Source of the DNA: Lingula anatina
Taxonomy: Eukaryota > Animalia > Brachiopoda
DNA: 64,000 bases
Assembly (NCBI GenBank): GCA_051362555.1
Contig: CM120646.1
Location: 6,014,001 to 6,078,000, forward strand
Reading direction: 5' to 3'
Below are positions 37,809 through 52,400 of this stretch, piece by piece. How positions within the stretch are numbered: the first letter of the stretch is position 1; every line of letters begins with the position of its first letter. A model generated the notes under the pieces. The model did not search any database and was not told where the DNA came from. It saw nothing but the letters and a program-made list of their open reading frames with translations. A program made the translations under genes and the position numbers.

Positions 37809-40800
37809 TAGTGGAACTAACTTAAAATATTGGCATCATCTTTATGTAGCTCTAATTGTTATTCTACAAGCAGATTGGGACAATAATTTTGTAATTGTAT
37901 AGCTACGTTTTTTGTTGTTTTATTTTTCGAAATAGAGCTTTTCGATTACACTTTCTTCAAGGGAATGACGCCTATAGAGATAACGTAATCCACCGTGGTT
38001 GAGATAAAAAAAACGTTTCCATGCTTAATAGACTTGGTCTGCGCATGTCTAGGTTAAGACGTAATAAACTCCACTTACCAAAGATGAACCCATTTCGTTG
38101 TGAATCGTCTATTATTATCAATGGTTTGCTTATTCGGTTAGACAAAAAAATATTTGGTTAACAAGCACGGCCGATTCTAGTTTTAAGGAAATCGGAATTT
38201 TTCGAACTGAAAAAATGGGTATTGGTTTTTAAAAACAATGACCAGACGAAAAAACTGCTTTGTGCTTAAAAATAGCTCACACTGTGGATATTTTATACCA
38301 AATCCAAGAAAAAGACAGATTTAGGCGCTACGCCCGTTAAGCATCAGGCATTTAAAAGACAAAAGAAAAAAAATGATATCCAACCCTGCTCACAAGAAAG
38401 TCTCCGTTTCGTTGTCAAGATTATCTATTTTGTCTGGCCTTAAGCTTATCTTTTTTCATAAGAAAAAATAAAATTAGAGATGCATACTGCAGATAGCGAT
38501 TTGGCGGTAAAATCAACTAGGTATTTGGTACTGGTACACATAATTCGGATCAGTTTGATAAATAAGCGACACGTGTCTCATAAATTAATTTTGAATCAAT
38601 CTTCGTGCTGTCAAATATACACTTATTTGATTTGTTTTGAATTTGGCTCTTGAGATACTTACAAAAACTAATAAACTATGCATTAAGAAAGCTTTTTTCA
38701 TCAGTAAAAGTGTCAGATGTAATAAATATACAAAGGATGTTCACAATCTTTTTATAAGCTCCTGTGTAATGTATGACAGTACTTTTATACAACCAATCGT
38801 CGATCGATCATTAAATCAATCATCGGAATATCACCTGTCATTTCAAAGTTGATGATGATCGTTTCGCAGGCTGATTTTCTCTGTAATGTTTGTATACCTT
38901 GGTTTCCACTAGGGACGTATCGCCACGTTCTCTTAAATATGAAAAAATGATCATTTTCACTGCCTTTTAAAAAATAATATAAATAGGTACCAGTCGACCT
39001 CGTAGAATTGAAATTCATATTTGTTCATCTCGCCCTAAAATATGGAAGAAATCCAAAACGCACCTAGTAAGACTAGTAGCAGGGCGAAGTTTAACGTGAT
39101 AAAAATGTTGGAAAAAGACCCAAGTTTTTATTAACTGTCATTAGAAGTCTATTCATATCATTGCATTATAAAAAGAATGTTGCATGTTTGTCTGAAATCC
39201 GAGCCGAGTGGAGACGAGGGCGTAAGCCGTTCCTTCCACAGGAGGCAGGGATCAATTCCCGCCACTCCTCCTCGTCCTCCAACAGCGTTTGCATCTCGTC
39301 ATCGCCACTCATCTAGATCTCTTGACTCGACTTCATTGAAAATAGACGGGTTACACAAGACGCAAGTAACAATATTACAGCACGTGAACAAACCATCTAA
39401 AATCTGGAAAATTGAATTTTGCCGTTTCATGGAACTGTCACAAATATGCCAAAAAGCGTGGCCGGTGAAGCTATAATGGGCTATTTTGATTGTTTTTAAC
39501 TAATGTTCAGTATAAGTTGATTCAATTAGCACTGAATATCTGAGAATAATATGAAGGCGACTGAAGGGCATCTTTGTACAAGCACAATACTTTAATCACC
39601 TTCGCCTACCTACGCTTAACGAGGAGCATTGGAGGAGCAATTAAAAAACACTTCGCCGCCTTAAGGTGCATTTTATTAGGAAGTGAACCGGTTTAACAAG
39701 GACATAAAAATAGGAGAAGTTTTTCTTCAACAATCAGGTGTCGATCTAATCATGTATTGAATGGGAAACACAACGATTTTTTTGTCCCCGGTGACCCCTG
39801 ACGACGGTAATGGCAGGGCAGCAAATCTTTTGTCTCAAACTGAGTATTTTCGGAGAATCACACCCGTGATTAAAACCCTGAGACCTTTAATTTAAGATAA
39901 AATCTCCCACTTGCAGTCCTACATTAAACCCCCTTTACATGGGACGGCGTCGTTTCTGCGTCATTCGTGCCCCCATGAAACTGGCATCACTGTGATCGTA
40001 GAAAGGAGGCACAAGTATCGCTTTGGTTGCAAAACGAATGCTCAGTGATCGCGGCATCCAAAGACGTTCAAATTAACCTTATCAATCGACTAACGAATCC
40101 ACTGTGCAAACGGAACCGGTTTGGCGTTTGAAACAGGGAGGATATGCATATATACCTTTCAAAACACATCTGAGTTTTGTTGTGAGAAATCTATAATATC
40201 CACCATAAATATTACGTGGGAACATGAGGTAATGTGTGTGGCAGCTCCTTAAAATTCTTTAAGCACCTTACATCGATTTAAGTGCATTTTTTCAAATGAT
40301 ACGTACCGGGTTTACATAACGAAAAAGAAATATCGAAAGCGCCCCAAGAACCATGCAGTTTCATAAAATATATCATAGGCTGAACTTGAGTACCAAGAAC
40401 ATTCAGTCTAATAAATATTCGCAAAAATAAGACGCCTGCGCAAATTGATACATAATCAGTTACATATTTTATTAGCATTTTAATTGACACAGTGTATAAC
40501 ATATAGCATATTACAACAAGACTAACAAATTTACCAAAAAGACTGGGAACATATTCTGCCACGAAATAATCTCGATCAAACAGAAAACCTACGTGAATCT
40601 TTACTATTAAGCAGTTCTAAACACTTAAAAATTTGCGAGGTAACGCAGTACTGGCGGTAAATACTTATTGCACGAGCATTAGGCCTACGTAAATTTATCT
40701 GAGCAAAGGAAGTTGCCGCTGGAAGAATATAGACTACATATGGTATTATGCACAAATAAATTTTTCAACTGAAAAAGCATGCGGAGAACTGAAGACCTCC

Positions 40801-41723
40801 ATCAAGGGCGCTCAATTTTCATTCTTATAAATGAAGTAATTACTTAATGTATCACTACCAATATCTTATTTGATTCTGGTCTCCTCCAGACAATTCCTCA
40901 AAATTGCCTCAAAATCCGCCCACAAACTTATTTACTTATTTATTAATTTTGCGAAATGCTTCTAACAGAAAATCAACCGAAAACAACCTCCCTGATGAAG
41001 GTAATAACAGATACCAAGCGTGGCGTACAAGTTCAATCATTGGCATATCTCAACTGTCCAACAATAACTTGGTGTGAGCAGTGGACGTGAGAAATATGTC
41101 ATATATGCTAGCCTACACTGTACTTAAAAAACGATCGTTGGGGTTATTACTTCTGCATTAAGACCAAAGCTGTCACATTTCCTCAACCAAGTTCCATCAG
41201 AAAACAACATCATATGTTACATAAAGCTTCTTACGTAGGTGAAGGACAGAGAAGGTGAGCGTCCAAACCGGAACCGGAAACGACCCAGTGTATTTTTTAG
41301 CTACATCCCCATAATACAACTATACTGATGCAGTTCTCTTAATCTACGCGAGCTTTCATTATGAATAATTCTATGCAAGATAATGTATATTTATATAACT
41401 TAAAAAGAAACAAATACAACACAGGTAATTGTAAATATTAACATGGATACTGAGTACGTGTACCAGGGGTGCTGTATATGTTTTAAAATTAAAATGTTTC
41501 CCTGAAGTCGATCTTAAAAAGAATTCCTAAAGTCAGATTAAAACTACCTATAAAACTGAAAACTACCATTAATATCATTACCTGTGCACGGTTTAGTATG
41601 CACATATATATAAGTTTCAAATTTTTAAGTTTCAAATTCCAAATATTGAACAATTTTGACATGAAGATGACCAATAACTCATGGATTTCACTCATGACAG
41701 CGAAAACTATGAAGAGATAAAAA

Positions 41724-43909
41724 ACTAGAGGATCAGAGAGGCGATACCGCCTCCGGATATTGTACCACCAGCTGGAGTAAGCGCATTCGTTTGGACCCCC
41801 CCACCCCTCCAAAAAGGGACACCATCACCAGTCTTGTGCTTGACAAGCTCTATAAGATGCAATCAATAAGAGTTCTCAAAATATGCAAAAAAATATAACT
41901 AAAAATGGTATAATCAAGCAGATTTTCGAATTGACTTGCATTTTCCTACCCTTGATCACTCCTGTATTCTCTAGACAAAAGGCCTATTGGTTTTCCTTGA
42001 AAAGTGTTGTCAATGGTGCATATATGCTGACAAAAGAGAAAACCTAGGGGCAACAAAGGGCACATCTCTGCTAGTTTTAAAGATATGAGAGGCAAGAAAA
42101 TATGCAAAGCTCAGTTCATGGTGAAAAAGTAGGTCAAAGGTCAATTTCAATATCATAGTATATGAATTTCTATTCAAGTTCAATAGCAACCATGGGTATT
42201 TCTTTGCCAATTTTAAAGATTTAAAGGCCTGAAAACATGCAAAAAGCAGTTCATCATAAAAAGTAGGTCAAAGGTCAATTTCAAGGTCACAGATTGCTAG
42301 TGTATTACTTCCTATTCAAGTTCAATAGTAACTATGGACCTATTTCTGTCAGTTTTGGAGATAAAGGAGAAAGAAAATTTGCAAAGTTCAGTTCATAGTA
42401 AAAAGATGGTCAAAGGTCTATTTTAAGGTCACAGTAAATTGCCAGTATATGACTTACTACTTAAGTTCAATAGTAACTATGGACCTATATCTGCCAGTTT
42501 TGATGATAAAACGGAAAGAAAATTTGCAAAGTTCAATTCATGATGAAAAGTAGGTCAAAGGTCAATTTCAAGGTCACACTTAGATTGCCAGTATATGACT
42601 TCCTATTCAAGTTCAATAGTAACTATGGACCTATCTCTGCCAGTTTTGGAGATAAAAGGGAATGAAAATTTGCAAAGTTCAGTTCATGGTGAAAAGTAGG
42701 TCAAAGGTCAATTTAAAGGTCACAGTAAATTGCCTCTAATGACTTTCTATTCAAATTCAATAGTAACTATGGGCGTATCTTTGCCAGTTTTGGAGATAAA
42801 AGGGAACAAAAATTTGCAAAGTTCAGTTCATGGTAAAAAGTAGGTCAAATGTCAAATTTAAAGTCACAGTAAATTGCCAGTATATGACTTCCTATTCAAG
42901 TTCAATAGTAACTATGAACCTATCTCTGCCAGTTTTGGAGATAAAAGGGAACGAAAATTTGCAAAGTTCAATTCATGATGAAAAGTAGGTCAAAGGTCAA
43001 TTTTATGGTCACTGTTAAATTGCCAGTATGTGACATCCTATTCAACTTTAATAGTAACTATTGACCTATCTCTGCCAGTTTTGGAGATATAATGTTACAA
43101 TTCTGAGTTACAATAATGTGCCACCACAATGTACTTTTTAATACAGCATAACATGAAAACCGTATGAAATACAAAAAAAACGGAGACCATATGCAATGTT
43201 GGGCTTTACATGCTCTACAAAATGCAAAAAAGAACGGGTCGCTAGCATTAACAGTTCCTGAATTAGAGACAGTTTTCAGTTTCGGTATCTTATGGCCGCT
43301 TCTCCCGTGAAAATGCACCGATTGACCCCAAATTCACGGAGATGAAAGAAGACCCAAAGGGTAACACTTTCCAATAATATTATTGGTTAAGTCTGTGTAG
43401 TGTCTGAATAACAGCGCAAATAATATTTTTTTTGTAAAAAATTTCATTTTTTTTGAAAACTTTGGCCCGTTTGACCTTGAAATAAAGGTCAAAGGTCAAA
43501 TCCAAGGGCATATTTGAAATCTACACATATGACTTTTGGAAAGCCGTCTGTAGAAATTTTTCCCATAATTCCTTCCGTAGGGTAGATAATTGGCATTGAA
43601 TTTTCAGAAATTTTGACAAGGGTGCATTTCAACGAGCGTCACGCCCAGGTTAATGCACCGACTGAGACAAAAAAACCTGGGGGTTCAAGTTGAGGTTATA
43701 TGTGACCTAAATCCAAGAGATGGGGACAGGGGTCCTTGCGGTCTAGGAGGAGAAGCGGTAACGGTGACTTGTATCCGGCGCCAGTACGCGGAGCCGGCGG
43801 AGCTTACGGAGCCGGCGGAGCCAACGGAGCCAACGGAGCCGGCGGAGCCGGACGAGACGGGTCGGGACTAAAACCATGAGTACCGCCAGCGTACACGCTG
43901 GTGGTACTA
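41724..43909 (+). mobile_element. Helentron-associated non-autonomous element (HINE/pearl-like) with internal satellite array
   Basis: Starts aaa-ACTAGAGG with a subterminal hairpin aggcgataccgcct. Contains a central tandem array, short GC-rich tandem repeats at 43787-43850, and a 3' palindrome gtaccgccagcgtacacgctggtggtac followed by taat. Confidence 0.7.
42090..43090. repeat. Tandem array of about seven ~145-bp units
   Basis: aaaagtaggtcaaaggtcaatt...ttcctattcaagttcaatagtaactatggacctat recurs at about 42125, 42259, 42401, 42546, 42692, 42836 and 42981. Confidence 0.9.
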
Positions 43910-44404
43910 ATTAGACATATATGAATAGAGTATACTAGTATAGTGGGATACATGTACCTTGGTGATAGAGAGGAAAAATTCTGAATTTTTTTTGGATTTT
44001 TCTTTTTTTTTTGGTCATTTTTCTTCCTCTGCATTCTGGGCCTCTCAGGGTGTAGACACGTCACATGTGCGCGTTTCTTGCCTTGGAATGTAGCAGTTCA
44101 GCATTCACAGCATTCTTAACAGTAGAGCTGTATACAGGTAATAAGAGGTGGAGAACAATGCTTGGGGGCAGCTCTTGACGGCACACAATACATTCAATAC
44201 ACACAAGCAGGATATGTGTACCACCTGTTGTACTCAGATAGATATTGATTGAAGAATAAGTAAGCCACATCTGATGGTTTTGGAGAAATGAAAAGTTACA
44301 TTTTGTGAATTTTCAGCACAAATTTCTCTTTAAAATCTCTAGGAGAGGGGCAAGTGCGCTACCATTGCCCATCCCCAGTTGGTGTACTGGTTAAACATTA
44401 AATG

Positions 44405-47400
44405 CTACTCTTTGGCAGAGGTGAGGCTGTCAACTTCATCCATGTCTTCCTCCAGGTCATAATCATCTGGAACAGTGCGACCTGAAAATGGTAAATGTAA
44501 TATTAATTGCAGCTGTTGTACAACAGAAAATATCAATATGTCAGTAACAATATTGGTAGCATCTGTAGAATGACATAATGACATATTATAACTCATTGGT
44601 CAGGTAAACTGGTGCCTGATTGCAATACCAGCAATACTCAGGCTGTACTAATAGAAATGAACTTCAGTGCTGACCACTCACTCCTGATAATGATATGATA
44701 TGAAGAGAGAATTGCTGTATTCTTACTTGTCTCTTATTTTCCACTATCATAATAAAGGAAATTGGGATAACAGATTTTTACTGACTTTACTGACAAGCTT
44801 ATTTTTTTAAAGATTCTTTATACCTGGACAATATGCATGTCCCTCCAGTGCAGCCTGCCTCCGATTGTTCATGCTCTGAACGGCTTCCCCTTCATACATC
44901 TCCAACTATAACAAAAATAAAGGTTGTAGTTTTAATCCTAAATAAACAAAACCAGTCAGCTTTAGAATATGTACCCAATCCTTGTGAATCCTCCCTGAGG
45001 AGTATTATGTATACAACGTGCCCAAGCTACTTAAATTAGGGACCGTTCACATGGAAAGTCTATTTTCTAAAAATCTATTTTTTATTCGGGGTATCTTGTG
45101 ATCACTCCGAGCGCAGCCGAGAATTAATTACAGCTTTGGAAGTAACTGGCTCGGGCTGCCAGTAATTACGCCGCGGGGTATTCAGGGCACAGACCGTGAT
45201 CACAAGATACCGCAAATAGAAAATAGATTTTTAGAAAATAGACTTGTCATGTGAACGGGGCTTTAGTATACCATGAAATATTTCTTCACAGCTACTTATG
45301 TTGATGTAATGGGAGTGACAGTCCTAGAAACTGAAGTCCCATGTGACATTTGGTAAGCACCAGTACAGGTTATGGACAGCCAGTAGTGTCAGGGTTTGTA
45401 CAGTTACATGGGGCAAATGTGACCTGTACAAAGTAAATAGAAGCACACTACAATTTTAAACAGACTATCATTCCTGCTGCACAGATGGTCTTTTGCCAAT
45501 ATTTTCAGCTCTACATGCTGAGTACTAAAACCAGGAGACAGCAAGCACCATTGTTATAATGAGAGGAAACAAACACTAGACCTCCAATACAGGGGTCAAG
45601 TAAGCCCTTAATTAGACAAAACAGAGAGAGAGAGAGGGAGAGAGAGAGAGTGCAATGCCATGAGCGTCCTTGTTGTTTAGAGAGCATTCTTTGTCAAACT
45701 ATTAAAAACTGACAACCAAAGTTTTAAAAAAAATGTCAACAGAACAACCAAATGAAAAAAAAATAATGATAAAATAAAAAAAATAACATGCACACACACA
45801 CACACACTCACGCACACAGAGGGCAGACCTCTGCCAAGGACTGCACACTGATCAATTGTGGTAGTTGAGAGCACACACATTCACTGCACAACAGGTCAAG
45901 GTGATTGAAGTATTTCTTAGTACCAGGTGGGTGATCCAAATCATAAATCACCAACAAAATCTTATCACATTTATGTCAGCCCATTTCTGAGCTATCCTGA
46001 AAAATTTCAAGAAAAATCCCTCAATAATTTTTTGAGTTAGGCTGGTGACAAACAAACAGAAGTGAATATAGAACCTCCTTGGCAAAGGTAAAAATGGAGT
46101 GCATTTTAGATAACTCAGATGTTTAAAAAAACATAGAAAATTTTTTTCCAGAACGCAGAACTCTTACCTGTCTCCGTAGAAGTTGAAGCTCTGTTTCTAA
46201 GTCAAAAATCTTTCCCTGAGCCCTCTCTCGGTCTCTTCTCTCGGCTTCAAAATCTTCAGTACAGAGCAAGATCTGTTGTTTGAGAGCCTCCACAACATCT
46301 TTGTCTCCACCTTGGCGTTCACGTAACTGTGCCTCCAACTGGCGTATCCTCTGTTCCTTCTGCTCACAAAGTTGCTTGAATTTTCTCAGGTCATCTTCTA
46401 GCTATAAATGCATATAGTAAATATATTCAAAAACATGAATAGATTGTTAAATAAGTTGATTATAAATTACCTTATTAGGAATGCTTTTGGGATTTTTTTT
46501 TTTTTGCCAGCTGTTTAAGTATAATAAGGTCTGTAAATGTTTTTAAAAAATGCATTTTCCCTTTATGTGATCAATCTACCAGTAGGTATAGTGCTTAATC
46601 AAATGAAAGAACAGTTTAAATATGTCTATAAGTTTTTTTTAATTCCCTCTATTACCTTTCAAATCTCAATTGATAGTGTTGGTAATATAGATACATGTAT
46701 TTGTATATTATTTTCTGCATCACTATTCCAGATATATAGAAACATTTAAAATTTCTTTTCTTTCACTAAACAGACATAAACAAGAGCATAAACTGTGTAC
46801 ACTGAAGAAGGGAACTTGCTACAAGAATAACCAATCTTCTTCATCTTCTTCCAATCATCAATAAAGAAAAGAAAAAAATTCTACTCCTATTGTACTCATT
46901 CAGTTGTATGACTAAAAGTTACTCAACCTGTATTTTCTCTTCTTCAATGGCAGTCACTTTATCTTTGGAAGCCAACAAAATCTTGTCAATCTCTCTTTGG
47001 GCTGCTTCATCCAGGTTTGTGCTTGACTTGGCTTGTTGCAGTTTTTCCTTTAGGTCTTCTAGTTGCTCCATCAAGGTGGCCACATAGTGGTCTCTCTGGC
47101 TGTCATATACCTGCCACTTCATGTTAGCCTCAAAAACCTGGAGGAAGGAATCGCCCAACTTTAAACCCCCTTTGCACCGGTAGGCGAGCCTTCTGCAACC
47201 TTGAGCAACTGCTCTTAGCTTAATAAAAAGTTTGCTCCAATATCGCCGCAAGCTTAAAAATTTCATGCTGTTAATTTGCAGTCACGATGCAGCAAATTTG
47301 CTGCAAATTTTGCAAGAAAAAATTACAGTTTTCAGCAATATTGCAGCACATTTGTAGAAGGCCTGATATTTTGCTAAGGGCTTGAAACTGGTTAGGTTGC

Positions 47401-48733
47401 TATTTGAGGCTCACAGGAAGAAGCATTTTGCAACACCAAACTTAAAAGGCTTTTTTTTTTCAAACCAGCATTATATATATATATATATGTATGCTTCATC
47501 TATAGTGGAGTTTTCATACATGTAGAGTCATATTGACAGTCAAATAGTCTCGGTCTCCCTATTATGTGAAGATAAACTTAAATGGATGGAGCCCCTGTAC
47601 ACATCATAAGTCAAGTTCCTACCCTCATATCACTACTGGGGTATGTATCATTATCCCACGGCTGGCACTTCGAACAATAACTTAAATAATTGCACCTGCA
47701 TTTTGCTAACACAATTGCCTGTATTTTAAAGTGCTTCTGTGCATGCTGAGAGAAATACAAATGCAATCACCCTATTTTTTAAAATGCCAGCCGTGGTATA
47801 AGTCATTTACTACTTGTTAGCCACTACATGCCATATAAAAGAGTAAATTATGCTCTAGCTTGTATGTTGCATACTGTAAAAAACTTGCGTTTTAACTAAT
47901 ACTTATCTTACCTTGTGCAACTGACTCTTAAGCTTCATATTTTCTACTTTCAGCTTCTCTAGTTCCTACAATAAAGCAACTGCATTCTTAATACATGTAA
48001 AACAATGAAATAATTACCAAATTATGGTAACTGAAAAAGAGGGGAAAGGTTGAAAAACTGCATAAAGTAACTCTGTGGTACAGGTATTGGAAAAGCAAAT
48101 TTACGATCTTTCTAACATTGTTTTCAAGTTAACAAGATCACACAGTTTCAGAAATGGACTTATCAAACTTTCCATTTTCTACAATTTTTTGAATTTGCTA
48201 TATTACAAACAGCCATTTTTCCGGATTCAAAATGTTAAAAATCAGCTGCAGGATTTTCAAAACTTACATCAAGGTGTTCGCTGGCATCTTCTTGTGAAAT
48301 CTGCATTGCTTCCAAATGCTTTGCCACACAATCTTTACATTCCTTACATTTCTTTTTTAGGCTCCGGCGAAGTTCCTTCTTTTCAGGGGTAGTGCTTCGC
48401 CTCCGGTGCTTAGGACAACACTCTTTCTTCAATTTGCTAACTTTCTCCCGAACTGTTACAAATTTTTCATCATCACATCCTGCCACTGCTTGTGTTATTT
48501 CTTCGTCAACAATATCCTGTTTTTTCTGAAACATGTTTAATAGTTTCAGTAACAGTAAAGTCATGGAAAATCAAGATAATTATTTCCTTGAATCAAGATA
48601 AAATTTGCCATTTTTACACAAGTCAACCATGCTTCATATACTGGTATCAAAATGCTAGTATTTTGCTTCTATAGCAGTTAAACTGCATTGTGTGCACTGC
48701 TATTATTATCATTAACAATATCATTATTATAAA

Positions 48734-48770
<37 letters not shown>

Positions 48771-49229
48771 TTATGCTCAGAAAATAAATAAAACTTCATG
48801 CCCATGAAGAGTGAACTTTAATGAGAACTCCCATCTCTCTTGGGGCAATAAAGTCAAATTCTTTACAAAAAGCTAATCCATCTTAATTTGAATTAATTAT
48901 GATACAAACTGTACCAATGCATCTGTAAGGGACATCAAGCTCTCCGATCTCTCTATACTGGGATGTTGCACCCCCTTTCTTCCTGTCATAAAATGATCTT
49001 GTACGCTGATAGAACGATGCACCTCGCCACCAGGACCTTCTTGGTTAAACTCGCCCTCTGTCTTCATTTTCTTGTTTACATTACCACTGGAAGAGGATCC
49101 AATGATTTCGAAGGAAGGCGATGTTGCGACCCCAGAAGAGAAGACTTCACTTTCTGGTTCTGAGCTCAAGGACGGGAGGTCAAACTCGGGACTGGCGGAG
49201 GAATGGTGGGGCGGTTCTGAGTGGGCCAT
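44405..49229 (-). CDS. TNIP2: TNFAIP3-interacting protein 2 / ABIN-2-like (EABR-like + UBAN coiled coil), spliced, ~409 aa
   Basis: Exons 49229-48915, 48525-48268, 47965-47912, 47137-46928, 46401-46168, 44905-44824 and 44481-44405(TAG) join in frame. Motifs VFEANMKWQVYDSQRDHYV (EABR-like as in TNIP2/CEP55) and LKQQILLCTEDFEAERRDRERAQ (UBAN DFxxER). Confidence 0.75.
45039..45262. mobile_element. PIF/Harbinger-like MITE in a TNIP intron
   Basis: About 65-bp inverted arms (gggaccgttcacatg..aagtctattttctaaaaatctatttt..gtatcttgtgatcac) and a TTA TSD. Confidence 0.75.
45815..46093 (+). mobile_element. HINE family copy (inverted relative to 59818-60046)
   Basis: ggcagacctctgccaagg ... acaaacaaacaga ... 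aacctccttggcaaaggtaaaaa mirrors the 59818-60046 element. Confidence 0.6.
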
Positions 49230-50464
49230 GTGGAGGTGTATTCAATCTCGAATCAATACAACAACATGCAAGTCAAGGTCATTTTGATGATCGGATGATG
49301 ATTACCTGAAAATAAAGGATTTCTGAGTATATATTTATCATAAGTGTTTGGATAGTCTTAACTGATAATGTAAGCTGAAGCCCCATTATTTAATGAGAAA
49401 AGTAATCATTCACTGAAGGCTGTTAATAGATGTTCTTTTAAAAAAATTGGACTGAACTTAAAGGTTGTTAATATATGTTCTTTTAAAAAAATTTGGAATG
49501 AAATTACATTTCAGATAAAGCATTTAATCAGTAACATACAAAAATATGACAAGTAGTAAGTTTAGCAGGACACATGTGTAAGATGAATGCTGCATGCATT
49601 TACACCAAACTGTACCAATTCCATAAATAAGGACCCATTCAGATTCACACGTTATGCCAGATGGATTGGTCCTACTCTGTGGGAATGGAATTGGCCTGAT
49701 CAGGACGCAATTTGTTAATTACCCCCCCCCCCCCCTTCGCTGCTACAGGAGGCCTGTCAGGCGATCAAGCAGATTCCACTGATTGCAGTTAAGCGAGAAT
49801 CCCCCACAGATTTGGGCCGACCCAGCTAGTACCATATGTGAATCTGAATACAGTCTTATATAAGTGCAGTACACAGTATACTGACCCTATCTGACCCCAT
49901 TATAATAGATTATCAATTGATATAACATTGGACAGGGACAGGATACCAAAATCAGTTATGTCAGTACCTAATAAGCTTTTTCTAATGAATAATTCCTCTG
50001 ATTTATTCAACTCTTACATCAACACCCCCCCCCCCCCAACCTAACTCGTCCCATATGTCTGCTACATGTACATGCATGTGCATACACCCTGTGCAGTATA
50101 TCAATGGGAGAGATATTTACAACCACCGCCGTAATTCAGTAAGATTTAATCTGAAAATACTAAACTCACCAAAGCGCAGTAAGGAACAAGAAATATTCCC
50201 ACTCCCAAGTCACTGATTATGAGTGTGTGGGTGTCTGTCATGCTCATCCCTCCCTTCAAAAACAGGACCGACCCCGTGACCTTAGACTTGAAGTTCAAAA
50301 TCTAGTGCACGTACACCATGAACAATTACATGAGCTTAATGCATGCTGCTGAATGAAAAAGGGAGAAAGTGTTACCTTGTTTGGAGAAAACAGTGAACTA
50401 CGCCGGCAATACTGCGCCTTTAGAAGCCGTGTTTTCAGTTTCGCACTGGCTTGTCAATGTTTTA

Positions 50465-50565
50465 AACGCGACCCGGAAGTGTTTCGATCATTTCATATGT
50501 CACGTGGTATTGGTTTCGCAACTGTCACATTAAAGATTCGCCACATGTGACGGGTTTTTCCTCAT
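50465..50565 (-). promoter_or_regulatory. Probable TNIP promoter
   Basis: ETS-type CCGGAAGT (50473), E-boxes (tcacgtg about 50500, cacatgtg) and a kB-like GGGTTTTTCC (50552), upstream of minus-strand donor-like sites at about 50168 and 50385. Confidence 0.35.
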
Positions 50566-52400
50566 TTGCTGGAGGGTGTGGGTCTGATTATACATGATTT
50601 ACCAGTACTCAATAAAATCAGCATTCAAATCACTTTCAAAAGGAACTGAACATTATATATCTACGCCATCAGGTGCTTTTATTTGAGAGGTTTTTAGAAA
50701 TTAGAAATATGAATTTAGAAATAGGCCTATAGGCTACAATTAATACATGTAGCCTGTTAGGCCCCCTATGCATACTATGCATACAGTATATACTGGTAGT
50801 TCTCTGGATATGTAGATATAGATAATGTGACTTTGGGAAATATATTTACGTTTAAGAACCTTAATTTAAACTGAATGAAATTTTTCTAGCTCATATTTTG
50901 GTTTAGTATGTCTGTCTGTCTGTCAGCAAAATAAGGCGAAAAGTGAAGAGCGAGTTTCAATGAAACTTTCAGAAACTGTTGGGAGGGGACCAATTTAAGT
51001 GTTTAAGAAATATTATTAAAGGTTTTGGTGATGACCCATTATGAAATGACGAAGTTCATTAAATCATAATAAAGTTTTTGTCTGTTGCCAACATTTACAT
51101 GCAAATTAATATGGAACAATACGCCATGCGTGTGTGTGAGCCTGGGGGGAGGGGGGGGGGGTCGGCTTTGCATCCGCGGATCCGCCCCTTCAGTATTTCA
51201 CCGTTTTAGAACATGCACTGTGTTTTTACTGTCCTAACATACACTATATGTTTTAACTAGCTTTCATCTAATTAGGTAATACTATAGAAACGATATATAT
51301 TTGCATATTAGTTCCGAATTTAGCATGAAAATGTTTTTATTGGTAAATCCTTAGAATGCAATTTAAAACCTATTTTATGTGGCTTTAAAGATTAAATCAT
51401 TATTGTCTGTACTTGGACTCGCCATTATCATCCATTAGACCGACTGATGTTGTATCGTCGGCAAACTTCATTAAAATGTATTCTCTACACTAGCAACACA
51501 ATCGAATGGCCTGTGAATAGGGAATGCATCATTTTCACCTAATAAAAAAACTAAAACTAGAAAAAAACTAGAAAAAAACTAGTTGACGAGCTCAACCTAC
51601 TTGTTATATACCGAGTATTATAGAGCACAGACAGGTGCTTACGTAAACCTTACTGCATTTTTTTATTTACATTACGCTTAAGCCAGTGACCTGAATTTTT
51701 AGTATTACACTGGTGTTCTCATTGTTCGTTCCAAAACAGTCTATTTCATACAGGGACCATTCCCATACTCCCATCGTACTAACAGGATCGATCTATATTT
51801 AGATGTCTGGCAAGTCTACTGAAGCTGCTAAACGATAGTTAATTACTACCTAACAGCTTCAGTAGGCGTTTAAGCTGAATGCAATTCAGTGAGAAAGCCC
51901 TCGGGGATGAGTCGATCCTGCTAGACCGATCTAGGTATGGGAACAGGGTCATAGAGTAGGTCAAATGCGAAATACATTTGTGGCGTTTTTTTTTTTTAAA
52001 CAGGTTGCATTTCTTTGGCATTCAGCATAGTTATATGTTATTTTAATACTATTTGAACAGGTGATTTATTGACTTATCTAAGCCCGCTGTCAAAGAGAAA
52101 ATTCTGCTGACATACAGTAGACGTTTTTGAATCACAGAAGCCAGCCAACTCCCTTCAACTCGAGCACATTACGGTGGGTGATTGAGTCTTACATTCGTCC
52201 TATAGAACCTTTCATAATTTACACAATGGTATATATGACATCCAGAGTGTAACTTGAATGATAACATGTCAAGACTGTGCATGATGAAATATTGCTTCAC
52301 TCTTCATATCAAGCGGGGGATATTTTTTTAAATGACGTGTATTTATTTCAGGTGATAATCTACAGCTACTGAGTGCTGAGCTTCCTCTTTCTCTACAAAG

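Noticed and set aside
39190-39270. tRNA or tRNA-derived SINE (B-box-like gggatcaattccc)
   Set aside because: No convincing cloverleaf and no second copy in the window.
42090-43090. Regularly spaced repeats as a CRISPR-like array
   Set aside because: Whole ~145-bp units repeat with no unique spacers, there are no cas genes, and the context is a eukaryotic satellite.
45293-45423. Extra TNIP exon
   Set aside because: An acceptor-like site is present but all frames hit stops, and the flanking exons join in frame without it.
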